Source: Psammoneis japonica
Taxonomy: Eukaryota
Assembly (NCBI GenBank): GCA_008632985.1
Contig: QPGO01000314.1
Coordinates: forward strand, 1-58,260
Length of the DNA stretch: 58,260 nucleotides
Reading direction: 5' to 3'
The translations under genes and the position numbers were made by a program. The notes beneath the pieces were generated by a model. It made no database searches and was not told the DNA's origin. It was given only the letters and a program-made list of their open reading frames with translations. Below are positions 1 through 11,471 of the stretch, piece after piece (position 1 is the first letter of the stretch; each line of letters opens with the position of its first letter).

Positions 1-19
1 ATCATGGCATCATGTGTCC

Positions 20-435
20 ATAGAGAGCAATGAAAAAGAAGTGAAAAACAAGTGCCACTTGACTTACAAAACATGGCATTGCTGCACTGCAATGTTTGGT
101 GTTGTTCAATCCATCACCACTTCTCCAATCAACTTGCCACTGCTCCAAATTCCATTGCTCCAGTTTTTACCCTCATGGTGAAATGGGAAAGGAGCAGGCA
201 TTTGACTAAATGACTCTGACAACACTTGCAAAATCCCCAAAGCCAAGGCAAGAATTTCCACCATGAAAAGCTTGACAAACAGAATGGCATCTTTTGCATC
301 CACCAAAGCACAAGGGGTTCCGGCAATGCCAACACTGACACCCAAGGCAATTTTTGTTAGGCCAACACAGAGTCTGGCCAAAAACATGCCATGGACTGCC
401 TGACAGTGTCCAACACAAACCCAATTTTCTGTCAA
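20..435 (-). pseudogene. Degraded copy of the 3' part and 3' UTR of the V-ATPase c'' (21 kDa proteolipid) gene
   Basis: ORF 106..435 (ENWVCVGHCQAVHGMF...[39 protein letters not shown]) aligns with the intact gene at 34340-34616 ([16 protein letters not shown]...[39 protein letters not shown]). Similarity continues into the 3' UTR. TA and CG sites are mostly replaced by CA/TG. Confidence 0.9.
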
Positions 436-585
436 TCAATGAAAAGCATTGGAGAAAGAAAGGGTTGGCTGTGCTTGCAGCAAGAAAGGCAATGGAGAAA
501 TGGTGGCAGCACAAGAGGACTTTGAACAAACCCAACAAGCAAAAACAGCATCACAAACAAGAAGTGTGCTGACAGAACACTCATC

Positions 586-1702
586 TTGATGCTGCCAGTG
601 CTTCTTGCACACTTGCAGATGAAAAGAATGCCAAAGAAGCTGGCAAAAGGAGGACTCCAAAACCCTCATTGACTGGCGGTTTTGCAGCCACAAATTGATG
701 AGAGATGGTCCACTGTGGTTGCATGTGAGCAAGTGGGGACAATGCCAGCATTGTTGTGCCACCATTTCTGGCATGGGAGTGGTGCAATCTGAGCCTGTGT
801 CTCCTCTGCCAGGACAGTGGCAGATGGATGGCAGTGCAGGAGATGTGTGAAAACAAGTGGCTGTGTTTGGTTGAGAAAATGAGCACCTTTGAAATGAAGC
901 TCTCTGCAAGAGCAAGCTGAGCTTTCTTTTGAAATCATGAGAAAGCAGGGCAGTCATTGATGCTGCCAGTGCTTCTTGCACACTTGCAGATGAAAAGAAT
1001 GCCAAAGAAGCTGGCACAAGGAGGACTCCAAAACCCTCATTGACTGGTGGTTTTGCAGCCACAAATTGATGAGAGATGGTCCACTGTGGTTGCATGTGAG
1101 CAAGTGGGGACAATGCCAGCATTGTTGTGCCACCATTTCTGGCATGGGAGTGGTGCAATCTGAGCCTGTGCCTCCTCTGCCAGGACAGTGGCAGATGGAT
1201 GGCAGTGCAGAAGATGTGTGAAAACAAGTGGCTGTGTTTGGTTGAGAAAATGAGCACCTTTGAAATGAAGCTCTCTGCAAGAGCAAGCTGAGCTTTCTTT
1301 TGAAATCATGAGAAAGCAGGGCAGTCATTGATGCTGCCAGTGCTTCTTGCACACTTGCAGATGAAAAGAATGCCAAAGAAGCTGGCAAAAGGAGGACTCC
1401 AAAACCCTCATTGACTGGTGGTTTTGCAGCCACAAATTGATGAGAGATGGTCCACTGTGGTTGCATGTGAGCAAGTGGGGACAATGCCAGCATTGTTGTG
1501 CCACCATTTCTGGCATGGGAGTGGTGCAATCTGAGCCTGTGCCTCCTCTGCCAGGACAGTGGCAGATGGATGGCAGTGCAGAAGATGTGTGAAAACAAGT
1601 GGCTGTGTTTGGTTGAGAAAATGAGCACCTTTGAAATGAAGCTCTCTGCAAGAGCAAGCTGAGCTTTCTTTTGAAATCATGAGAAAGCAGGGCAGTCATT
1701 GA
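586..1702. repeat. Tandem repeat, 3 x 371 bp, near-identical
   Basis: Units start at 586, 957 and 1328 (TTGATGCTGCCAGTG...), and the ORF track repeats with 371-bp offsets. Copies differ by a handful of substitutions; TTGA microhomology is present at the junctions. Confidence 0.97.
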
Positions 1703-2666
1703 AGGTTCTTTGTCTTTTTGGGAGCTCTGTTGAGAGTCACCATGGCAGCTGCAGGAACTGTGGTGCTTTTCTGCCATGAAAAACAAGCCATCAATGCTTG
1801 CAAGAATTGCCAGTGCACCTTCCCCCCCCCAAGAACATGGTTGCCTGCCACTCTGCCTGTGCGGTGCTGGTCTCCTGCTGCTGCAACTCTGGGGTTGCCA
1901 TCAACTCTCTTTGCAGATGTGTGCAACCAGCAAGCAAGCCTTGTTGCATGGCAAAGCTGCTGCTGATTTGTTTGGCACTTCAGCACCCTTGTCATCAAGA
2001 AGTGGATGCCATCAACTGGAATTTTCAAATGGAGACATTGCTGCAGCAAAAGAAATGCAGTGCTCCAACCCTGGTTCAGTGACCCCCATCAAACAGGAAT
2101 TGCTGGACACAAGCTGCTTGCAACACAAGTCTGTTTTTCATCAAAATGGTGGGGGTGACAGCAGTGGGGAGAAATTGGCCATGCCCAGGTGTTTGAAGTG
2201 TGCCTGCAAATGAAATCATTTGGCTCTCTGACACAGCATCAGGGGAGACATTTTTTGGGTTGTCTGCTTTTTGGAGATGATGCCATGGGTGACAAGCATT
2301 CAAGAGCTGCTCAATTTTTTGATGCTGCCATGAATGTTCACCCTGCATCCAATTTGGCAAGACTTTGGTTGTTGGCCAAGCTGGCTGCAACAAACATTTG
2401 GTGTTTTGGTGTCCCCAAGCAACTGGCAGCTTGGAGCTGCAGCTGCTGCCATCTGGAGCAAGTGGGGGCAACTCCAGTGGAGGCAAAGGCTCCGCATGTT
2501 GCAAGTGTGATTTTTCATCTTTGCAGCGGGGTCCATTGGGTGGCCCAGCCAGTGGAGTTGTCTGCAGAATGCTTTGTTTGGAGTTTCTGCACCAGGACAC
2601 CTCAGCAGCAGCTTGTTGTTCACAGCTGTGTGTGCACACTGTGTGGCAGAACAACAGTGCGAAGAC
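1703..2666. other. Unidentified TpA/CpG-depleted sequence (old repeat or dead gene), interrupted by the Copia insertion and continuing at 9785-11079
   Basis: Composition only. The Copia TSD AAGAG joins the two flanks. No motif recognised. Confidence 0.5.
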
Positions 2667-2671
2667 AAGAG

Positions 2672-2947
2672 TGACAGAAATTGAAGGCAAATGGCAAGAA
2701 TTCAAACAACAACTCCTTGCTGCTGTCTAAATGGCAGATGAGTCTCCGCTCAGAGACCGTTGCAGGAGCCGAAAGACGTGCAAGTCGGTGCAATCGGGCT
2801 GCTGTCATCATTCTTGTGAGCCTTGTGGCTCGAAAGCAAACCACATCGCGCGTGAACGCGCGGAACTAAAGCACACAAAACTGTGCGCGGTAAACTAAAC
2901 AGCGCGCGATGCTTCACGCGCATCCAAATCCTGTTCAAATCCTGTCA
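2672..2947 (-). repeat. 3' LTR of Copia element
   Basis: Direct repeat of 9504-9779 with TG...CA termini; preceded on the minus strand by the purine tract at 2948-2953. Confidence 0.97.
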
Positions 2948-5900
2948 CTCCCCAGTTTGCTTGAGGAGCCACAGAAACAGATTCGACTTCGGATGGAATG
3001 AAGTTCCAGAACATGAGGGGGCGGAGAAGGTCCCAGATTTGGGAGTGACCCCAATGCTTGCTGAGAATGTCAGCAGGGTTGTGGGAGCCTTCGATGAAGT
3101 GGAACTCAAGGCAACCAGAGGCAATTGCCTCACGCACACGGTGAAACGACAGTGCGGTGTGTCGCTTGTGTAACTTGGAGTGCGGGATGGTGGCACTGTC
3201 TACAACCGACTTGTTGTCACCGAACATGTAACTGACATTACGGATTGGGACGCCAAGGCAGCGCAGGGTGATGCGCAGGTCGATGATCTGCTCAACACAG
3301 TTCCTTGCGGCAACAAATTCAGATCCACAGGTTGCAGTCTCCACGGTGGCTTGTTTCTTGGAGAACCAATCAGCCGGGAATTTGTTGAGGAAGTGGAGCA
3401 TTCCCATGACAGAGCGTCCGGTGAGCATGCAATGGCACAAGTTTGCATCGACGCAGTGGGTGGTGGTGACGAACTTGCCAAGGGGCGGTGGAGCGTCCTT
3501 CGGGATCATCTCTTCTGCTTCACCACACACGGAATGCATCCATTCATGGGCCGGAGCAGGGAGATCCGAACAGTCGGGCTCTTCCGTGCGAACGCGGAGA
3601 GCACCGTGTCGCATCTTGGAGAGGTGCCCACAGACGCGTTTGGCACGATCCAAGTGGCCTTGACGGGGCGCAGCTCGGAAGCTAGAGAGTGACATGACAG
3701 CCGTGGCAACGTCAATTCGACCAAGGGACACTGCCCATTGGAGTGAACCAACAAGAGACTGGAACTTGTGAATGCCATCGGGTCCCAGCAGTTCGGAAGT
3801 GTCCAGCTCGGGGTGGTCACCCTTCTCCAGAGGTGACAGGGCGTTGGTGGCAGGTTTCTCCCCAAACAGTCGGGCGCAGCTGTCGACCATGCGCTCGATG
3901 TACTTGCGCGGAGACAGGCACAAGGTTCCGTCGGGGTCCCGGGAAAAGTCGCAACCCAGATGGAACTCAATGGGTCCCGCACCCTTGAGCTTGAACTTGT
4001 GCTTTTCCGTGAGAGTGTCGACGAAAGATTGAGGGTCCTTCATGGCAATGGCGAGGTCATCCACACAAACGAAAAATGTGTTCACAGTGGTCGCCGTTCC
4101 TGCGCATCCAAATGTCGGGTTCGGCGCGGCAGGGGAAGAAGCCTTCAGCTCGCAGGCAGTCGGCGAAGCGCTCGTGCCAGCGGAGACCGGAGCTGCGCAG
4201 TCCATGCAGTGCCTCATGGATGACAAGGATGTGTCCTTCGAGTTTGCCAAATTCGGGTCCAGCTACAATGCAAAGCTTCTCCTTGGTGGTGGCTTCAAGG
4301 TGGGCATTGCCAATGTCTGTGGCCCATGTCTCCAGCTCGTTGAGTTCGGCCAGGAAAATCATCAGCCGAAGGCCACGGAGGGAGACTGCTCCGGAGTAGA
4401 CACTGTCGACAGGTACGTCCGTGAGGTGCCCGTCGGCTACGAGTCGTGCCTTGTGGCGACCGTCGTGTTTCACGTCGCACACCAGGTGCACTCGGATCTT
4501 CTTGTGTCCCGCAGGAGGAGTGGAAGACTTGAAGGGCCCGCAGTCATGGAAGACTTCGTATTCGTCGAGTTGGTCCATCTCGAGATTAGTTGCGTCTCCC
4601 CACTTGCGGTTGCCGTTGCGTTCGTCTAGTGACATGGCGTGTTTGCAGTTCCAGGGAACTTCGCATCCGTGCTTGCAGCGAGGTGCAGTGCGGAAGGAGC
4701 GAAGCTTGGCTTGGTTGGCCATGCGAAATGGCTTCTTTTGGCGCCTCGCGATAGTGCGGAACCGCTTCCAGCCATCCGTGTCGAGGAGTCCGTTCTCTCG
4801 TGCACAGATGGCACAGGTGACGGGGTCGTCCTTGGCGATGATGGCAAGAGGCTCGGACATGATCTCCCCACTTTCCCACCCAAGCATGATGTTGTAGCTT
4901 GAGCCTTTCCAGGTTGGGTCGTGAGGCTTCAGAGGTCCTTCGTGTGACACGATGCGTCGAAATTTCCAAATGGTGGTGTCTTCGTCTTCTTGCTCAATGT
5001 GATTCATGATGTCATTGCAGGCAAGGACTTCCTCGTATTCGTCATTGTTGACAGAGCAGACGAACTTAGTGAGCTCGGGATTGCCGTTCACTTTCCATTC
5101 GTGGTCTTCGACGGCCTTGACGATGCGAGCTCTGTGGCGTTGTCCATCCTCTTGTGGCTGCATGAGGAAGGTGCGTCCAATGATGTCTTGCGGATCGAAA
5201 ACTGGCATCTTGGGTGTCCTGATCTCCCCATCAGGAGAATCGACGGGGTTGTCGTCATGGCAAGATTTGATGATGGGTTCAGGTGGCTCCCCATCAGGAG
5301 GATCAAGACGCAGGTTTCGAACGGCAGGATCGGGGGTGGCAGAGCGAACGTTGGACCGGCAGAGGATCTTCTGAGTCTCGTCAGACAGGATCTTGAAGGT
5401 CATCTGGTGGCCGACGTGCTCAGCAATGCCAACGAAGCGTCCACGCAACTCACGGGATTCGGACGGCCAATCGGAGTCATCGAGGTGGAAGCACACTGGT
5501 TCCCACCAGTGAAAGCGAAGCAATGGGCTGATGTCCGGGGTGGATCCAGTGAGAGTCTCGAGGGGCGTGCGCCAGTGGAGACGTGGGGATGCTGTGTGGT
5601 TGAGCATGAAGCACATGCACATGAGCGCCAGCAGCCATGTGTGGGCGGGCGAACCAAAACGGTCCATGACAGTGTTTGCCATGTGCTTCACGGTCTGGTG
5701 TCGACGCTCGGCAAAGTTTTGGTGTTGCTGGTGAGGCTCACTTTGCCAGCTGGAGATGAAGAGGGCGCGCAGGATCCCGAGCACTTTGTTGCTGATCTCA
5801 ACTTGAGCACGGTCGCCAATGAGTTTGGATGGGGCACCACGTTCACTGATCTGATCCTCGAGTGTGTTGACAAACTCTTTGTCCGTCTCAGTGCCGTAGA

Positions 5901-8564
5901 CGTCAGTGACGGTAGACTCGTGCCAACAACAGTTGGGCGCTGGTGCAACCAGAGTCGACGGCCGGGGTGTCGGCACAAACGGTGTCAGTGGCGACAGGCT
6001 CATTGCGGTGGTGTGCATTAAGGGCGGGGTTGGGTGATTTGCAGGCCTTGCGAAGGTGTGCACCGGCGGGCATGCGGGCGCACTGCGTGGTGCAGTCAAA
6101 AGTGCGACGGACCGCATCAGCAGGTAGGAAGCCAAAGCAAGGCCGAAGAGACTCGAAGGGGGGGTCCTTGGGCTGTACAGTGCGCTCTGGAGGTGGAACG
6201 TCATCGCCCTTGGGGTCAATCGCATGCAGATGACACTCGTAGAACACGTCGTCGTTCGGAATGAGGTGATCATCGAGGGCGGACGCGTGATCGGTAGACA
6301 AGGAAGCGGACAAGATGGTCTCGTTGACAACGACACGGTGACGGCAGTTGCCGCATTCGTCAAATGGGTTGGCAGTGGGATCGTCCTGTGGGTCAGAGAT
6401 CGCGTCGTGCCACTGGTCGTCGTCAGTGACAGAGTGATCGAGGACGGAAGGGTCCCATGTGTCATCACCAGTGAGGATGACATGGGGCAGGGTGTCCCAT
6501 TCGGCGTCAGTGCAAGGTCGCATGGCAACATGAGGCAGGCCAGCCTTGATGTCAATGGGGATGACATAGCCATCAGGAGTGGCAATGCGTTGCAAGCCGT
6601 TGGGCACCTTGACAGAGCGATCGTTGACATCCTGTTTGTGCCATTCGAGCTGGCCGCAGGAATGGATGGTCTTGCCCTTTCCCATGCATGCGCACTGATG
6701 GAGGATGGTGATGACGGGACCACGCTGGGTCTCAATGACGGCACCAGCGGTGACAATGGGGATGTCCACCAATTGATGATCGTCAATGCCCTGAACGTCG
6801 ACTTGGCGAGAGGTGCGTGCGATGACGCGAACGTCGTCGCCAGCAATGCCGCCGTTGGCCCCACGATCGACTAGAGCGCCAGTGCGTGTGGAGCGATGAG
6901 CAGAGGCAGAGCAAATGACATTGTGGTTGTCAACGCGGCGGCAAGTGCGGCCGCCAAGTTCTGTGTCATCTGCAGGAGCAGGCGAGGTAGAGGGAGCGGC
7001 GGATGGGCCCGGTCGACCAGCGTTGGGGGGTTGGTTAGGAGACAACAGGCGTTGCAGATCACCGGGTGGCAGTGGCTTGCGCTTGGTGAGGTGCGCCAGG
7101 ATGGGATTGTCCGAAGTGGCGTCCACATGTGCAGCGGAGTCACCACAGTCAGCAGGAGTCGTGTTGGACAAGTTGACATCACCGTCACTCCCAAGGTGTT
7201 GGTCGTGAAGGTTGGCCGTAACAGACTCATGGCAGTTGCTGGCTCGCGGGTTGCGGGGAGGCGGACGAGAGTGCTCAAGGATGATCGCCTTGGAGGAATC
7301 GGGCAACGAATCCCAGAGCCGTTGGTGGTCGGGAGGGAGACGTCTCCATTGGACACCGGTGAGGCTGGGACCGCGGGTGCAGGCAGCATTGGCTTGAAGG
7401 ACGTCAACGTCGCTGTCAATGTCGTAGAACACATCATCGGACGGTTCCTCGGAGCAGACGTCGTGTGCGCACATGGCGCATCGGGGAGCTCGAGGTGTCG
7501 TCTTGGGTTGAAACGTGCTGTCGTGCTGAGCTGCCGCGGAGAGGAGCAAGCCACAGCATTGATCGCATGTGAGGCTCTTGCCACTCTGCGTGCGATGCTG
7601 ATCAGCTTGGTTCTTGACAGCACGGAGTTCCTCGACAGGGTGCACGGCATTCTCGAGCATGACGCGCTTCTGTCCTTCAGAGAAGTGGTCACTGGCGGGG
7701 ATGAGTGCCTCGCACTTGCGCAACTGATCTTGCCAATGAAGGATGAACCCGTGGGTCGGACCTTTCCAAGTGCCATCACCAAGACGTGCGGTGGTGAGGT
7801 GCGTGAGCAGGGTGGAGGACTCGACAGATGCACGGGTGGAGGCAAGCGCGTGCTCAGACAAGGAGCGGTGGACGGTCTGTGCGTCAGAAGACCCCACATT
7901 TTCGCGAATGAGAGCCTTGCCCTTGTCGGTGAGAAGGATGCGTTCGAAGACGGCGAACATGTGCTTTTGCTGTTCAGCAAAGAGCAGTTTGTCTTCGGGG
8001 CTGGTCGGTTTGTACGACGAGTCTAGAATGCACTCGACGTCTTGGGCACGGGCTTGTGCCACAAGTGAGGTGTGCCAAGTGTGCCACTGCTTGTCGGATT
8101 TGAGAGCCGTGAAAGCGGTGGGATCACGCTTGATGCCTCGCTTGAAGTCTCGCACCGGGTCGCGTGCCTTGGTCGGGTTGGTGACATGTGGGAGGTGCAA
8201 GGGGTGAGCTGCCGATGGACACAGAGGACATGCAGTCCGGGCTGAGACGGCAGGCAAGGAACTCGTCATGCGTGAACAAAGAGGAGTCGTTGGCAACGTC
8301 AAGACCTTTGTGTGCTTTGACAATGTACAGGCCAACTGGTGCTGCTAACATGTTCTTATAACCACGGGGCAAAGGGATTGCATTAGTGCCGTTGTCGCAC
8401 TCAAGCGAGTCGATTTGGGACGGCATGAACGTGAACAGTTCCTGATGCGAGTCCGTGCCGTCTTGGGCCAAAGCCAAACGAAGAGGACTCCCAGCACCTT
8501 GGGCAAGCACGGTTCCAACAACGTGCTCGAAACCATCGGTTTGTTGCTGACGAGTGAGAACCAT
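2948..8564 (-). pseudogene. Copia gag-pol polyprotein, frameshifted and Tyr-depleted
   Basis: Pieced together from ORFs 8124..8594 (ATG at 8564), 5903..8335, 4057..6864 and 2895..4250, with frameshifts near 8200, 5930 and 4075. The catalytic YVDD reads CVDD. Confidence 0.93.
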
Positions 8565-9503
8565 GGTAGACAAAAGTGGTGTCAGGACAATCAATTCTGG
8601 TTGGGAAGCAAAGGCAGACTCGAAACTTGGGTGAGAATGGACTTGACTTGAAATGGACTTGACTTGAAATCTTGAACTGTCTTAAAATCAGAAGTCGCCG
8701 GGCTTTGTCACCCCGTTCGTTGTCAAGTGCTAAACTTCCTGTCCGGTCCGTAGAGTTGTGCCGGCACGTCCGAACCCGCAGCCAGTGGCGCTTTGGGTTG
8801 CTTACGAGCGGAGTAGCGGGTTGTAAACCCCTGCAGGCAAGCTGACTGGAGGTGGACAAGACCCCCGAACCGTTCTCATTTTATGTCGGTTGGATTTCCC
8901 GATCAGGCTGGCCAGTTGACGCAGGCGCCAGGTGCTGTGGACGAACGAACAAACGCGGGAAAGCACCCTCGCCCCAACGCAGGCTGCAATCACGGCTGCT
9001 TGCTCTCACAGTCGTCCTCGTGGACCTGGTGGAACTGTGGAGCACCAGCAGTCCGGGGCAGATCAGGCACAATGGACTCGGTGTGCTTGCAGAGTGGCAG
9101 CAAAACCGCAGTCCGAAGAGTGGGCACAGGTTCTTGGCCGTGAAGACATGTGTGCACATGTGTGTCTTCAGCGAGGGAGATCCTTGAACATGCAGGGTTC
9201 TTGACCGTTGACCGATGAATGGGCACACCAAGGGATGAGGATCAAGGACAGACTTGGATGTGACCGTTGAATGCATGTCTTCAACGATCAAAGGCAGTGT
9301 GATCAATCCAGATGTCCAGCGGCAAGGAGACTTGACGGTGACGTTAACTTCCTGCCGATGCCCTGGTGTTGAATGCGCGCAGACTTGCCGATGCATGCAG
9401 GACACACACGGAGGTCCACGCAGAATTGAAGTGGCATCGTTGGCAAATCAACGACGACGATGGCGGTTGCTCAATGGGTTGACAATGAGCAAGACTGTCA
9501 ATC

Positions 9504-9779
9504 TGACAGAAATTGAAGGCAAATGGCAAGAATTCAAACAACAACTCCTTGCTGCTGTCTAAATGGCAGATGAGTCTCCGCTCAGAGACCGTTGCAGGAG
9601 CCGAAAGACGTGCAAGTCGGCACAATCGGGCTGCTGTTGTTGTTCTTGTGAGCCTTGTGGCTCGAAAGCAAACTGCATCGCGCGTGAACGCGCGGAACTA
9701 AAGCACACAAAACTGTGCGCGGTAAACTGAACAGCGTGCGATGCTTCGCGCGCATCCAAATCCTGTTCAAATCCTGTCA
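9504..9779 (-). repeat. 5' LTR of Copia element
   Basis: Direct repeat of 2672-2947, followed by TSD AAGAG. The internal flank on the minus strand reads GATTGACAGTC..., not a canonical TGG-type PBS. Confidence 0.97.
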
Positions 9780-11079
9780 AAGAGAGTTTTCACTTTTGTT
9801 CAACGTTGACAAGGAGTCAACAAGGTCAAATTTTTTTGATGTGGCAGAGGCAATGTTTGGCTGCTCTGTTTGTTTGAGTGCAGAGAAACACATCTTGTTG
9901 AGCTGTGGGTCAGATTCTGTGGCAAGGGTGGTGGCAATGGAGTGACAGATTGCACCATTTTCCATTTGCCAACGGAAATTCTTTTTTTGAGGAAATGGAT
10001 TCCTTTTCCCAGAGCACACCATTTCTTGCTGTGCATCTTTTGTTTCTTTTGCCTCCAGCTGCAATGGCAAATGGCAGTGCTTGTCAGTCCTTTTGCGGGG
10101 CCCACACAATGTAAAATGCAGAAAAAGAGAAAGACAATTGCTGTGAGTGATGATGATCCTTTGTTTGCCATCAGCAAGCTGACCGCTGAAGGCAAGGACA
10201 GCGTTTTTGTGCAAGGGCAAGAGACGCCAATGCCACAATGAAGCAAAACAGCAAACTGGTGCAAAAAATGCGCGCACTTCTGAGCAGAGGAGCTGTTTGC
10301 CAAGTTGGCTTAAATTGGGTGCCAGTGCAATTGACAACCTGGATCTACAAAAGCAGTTGGCTGTCCCATGTCACACAATTTGCTTTGATGTCATTGGCAT
10401 GATGCGCGTGTGATGTGGCAAATGCAACAGCAAACAGCGCAATCTGTCACTCTGATGCACACCCCCCCCCTTGTTTTGGCATTGCAGCAAGATTCTCCAA
10501 GATTCCCTGGGATCTCACCACCTTTTGATGGGCTCTTCCACTGGAAGTGTGAGCTCCCGGGGAGCCACCGTGGGCGCCACTTTGTCGTGCATGTGCTGCA
10601 GACATGCACACAAATTTGTGCGTTGGCGCTTCCCCTCTCACACCTTTCTGTGCCTGCTGCATGCCAGGACATGCAGAGCCACGTGCACCCCCACGCAAAA
10701 CATTGCTCTGGCGTTGTGTCAACACACAAGCAACAGAGCATCTTTGAAGATGGCCAAGGCAAGTGCAGAAGCTTGCAAGGCCAACAAATGTGGTGGGCAC
10801 AATTGTGCGTGACCATGCACGCAACACAGTGTGGGTTGTTTGTCACTGTTGTGCCTCGTCACAACAAATGCGAGCCACACGAGTCATCTGGAGCAAAGGC
10901 CAAGGCCACAGCAGAGCCCTGTGTGCTCAAAACAAATGTGGCTGACTCGCTGTTGTTGTCCACATTTTCCCTCTCCTGTCACAAGGGGCTGCTTTGTGTC
11001 AGCACATCAGCCGTGGTCATTGCCAGCAGTGAGTGCAGCAAGCTGGCGGTCGTGGGGGGTGGGGAGGGCAAAAGCGCCC

Positions 11080-11471
11080 GACGCGCTCCAGGTCCAGGTG
11101 GGACCTCGTGCTGCTGAACTGTGACATCGACAGTTTTTTGAATCACGTCGTGTGTCGCACACGCAGATTTCTACGTGATTTTTTTGGCATTTTGTGTCAT
11201 TTTATGGTGCACTTGTTGAGCGATCCGTCCAACAACTTTTGACATTTTTTTGTTGCAGTGCGATTCTATGATGTCTTAAGAATCGCGCAGGGCAGGTGCG
11301 TTTGCAAAAACGTCGAGTGGCAAGAGGCACAATTGCACCACAAACTTGGCCGTTTGTTTGATGTTGAAGACAAATGTGTCCATCGATCAAATTCTTGCAC
11401 TGCGGAGCTCGCACGCAGAACTCTGCAGGCCCAATGTCGCACGGAGTCCCGCCTGGGGGCTGGAACGCGTC
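11080..11471. mobile_element. MITE (~390 bp), GAC...GTC TIR family, subtype A
   Basis: Imperfect ~26-bp TIRs (GACGCGCTCCAGGTCCAGGTGGGAC / GTCCCGCCTGGGGGCTGGAACGCGTC) and a 4-bp TSD GCCC. Homologous end-to-end to 48326-48714. Confidence 0.9.

Larger units (their letters stand above)
2672..9779 (-). mobile_element. Full-length Ty1/Copia LTR retrotransposon (CoDi-like), inactivated
   Basis: Two 276-bp LTRs with TGACAG...CTGTCA ends and a 5-bp TSD AAGAG (2667-2671, 9780-9784). Purine tract GGGGAG adjoins the 3' LTR. Domain order is gag-PR (ALVDRGANGG)-IN (SEPHQQHQNFAERR)-RT (DVKHDGRHKARLVADGHLT)-RNase H (MFGDNKSVV, NPADILSK). Confidence 0.97.

Noticed and set aside
586..1702. CRISPR array or repeat-protein gene
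   Set aside because: No spacers, eukaryotic context, and the unit length 371 is not a multiple of 3.
2672..9779. CpG methylation-deamination as the sole cause of TG/CA richness
   Set aside because: This element retains plentiful CpG, and Tyr->Cys/His changes and TA-vs-TG/CA pairs cannot arise from CpG.
2672..9779. ADAR-type RNA editing or RT error before integration
   Set aside because: Both A->G and T->C occur on the same strand, the two LTRs differ from each other, and MITEs and host-gene edges are also affected.
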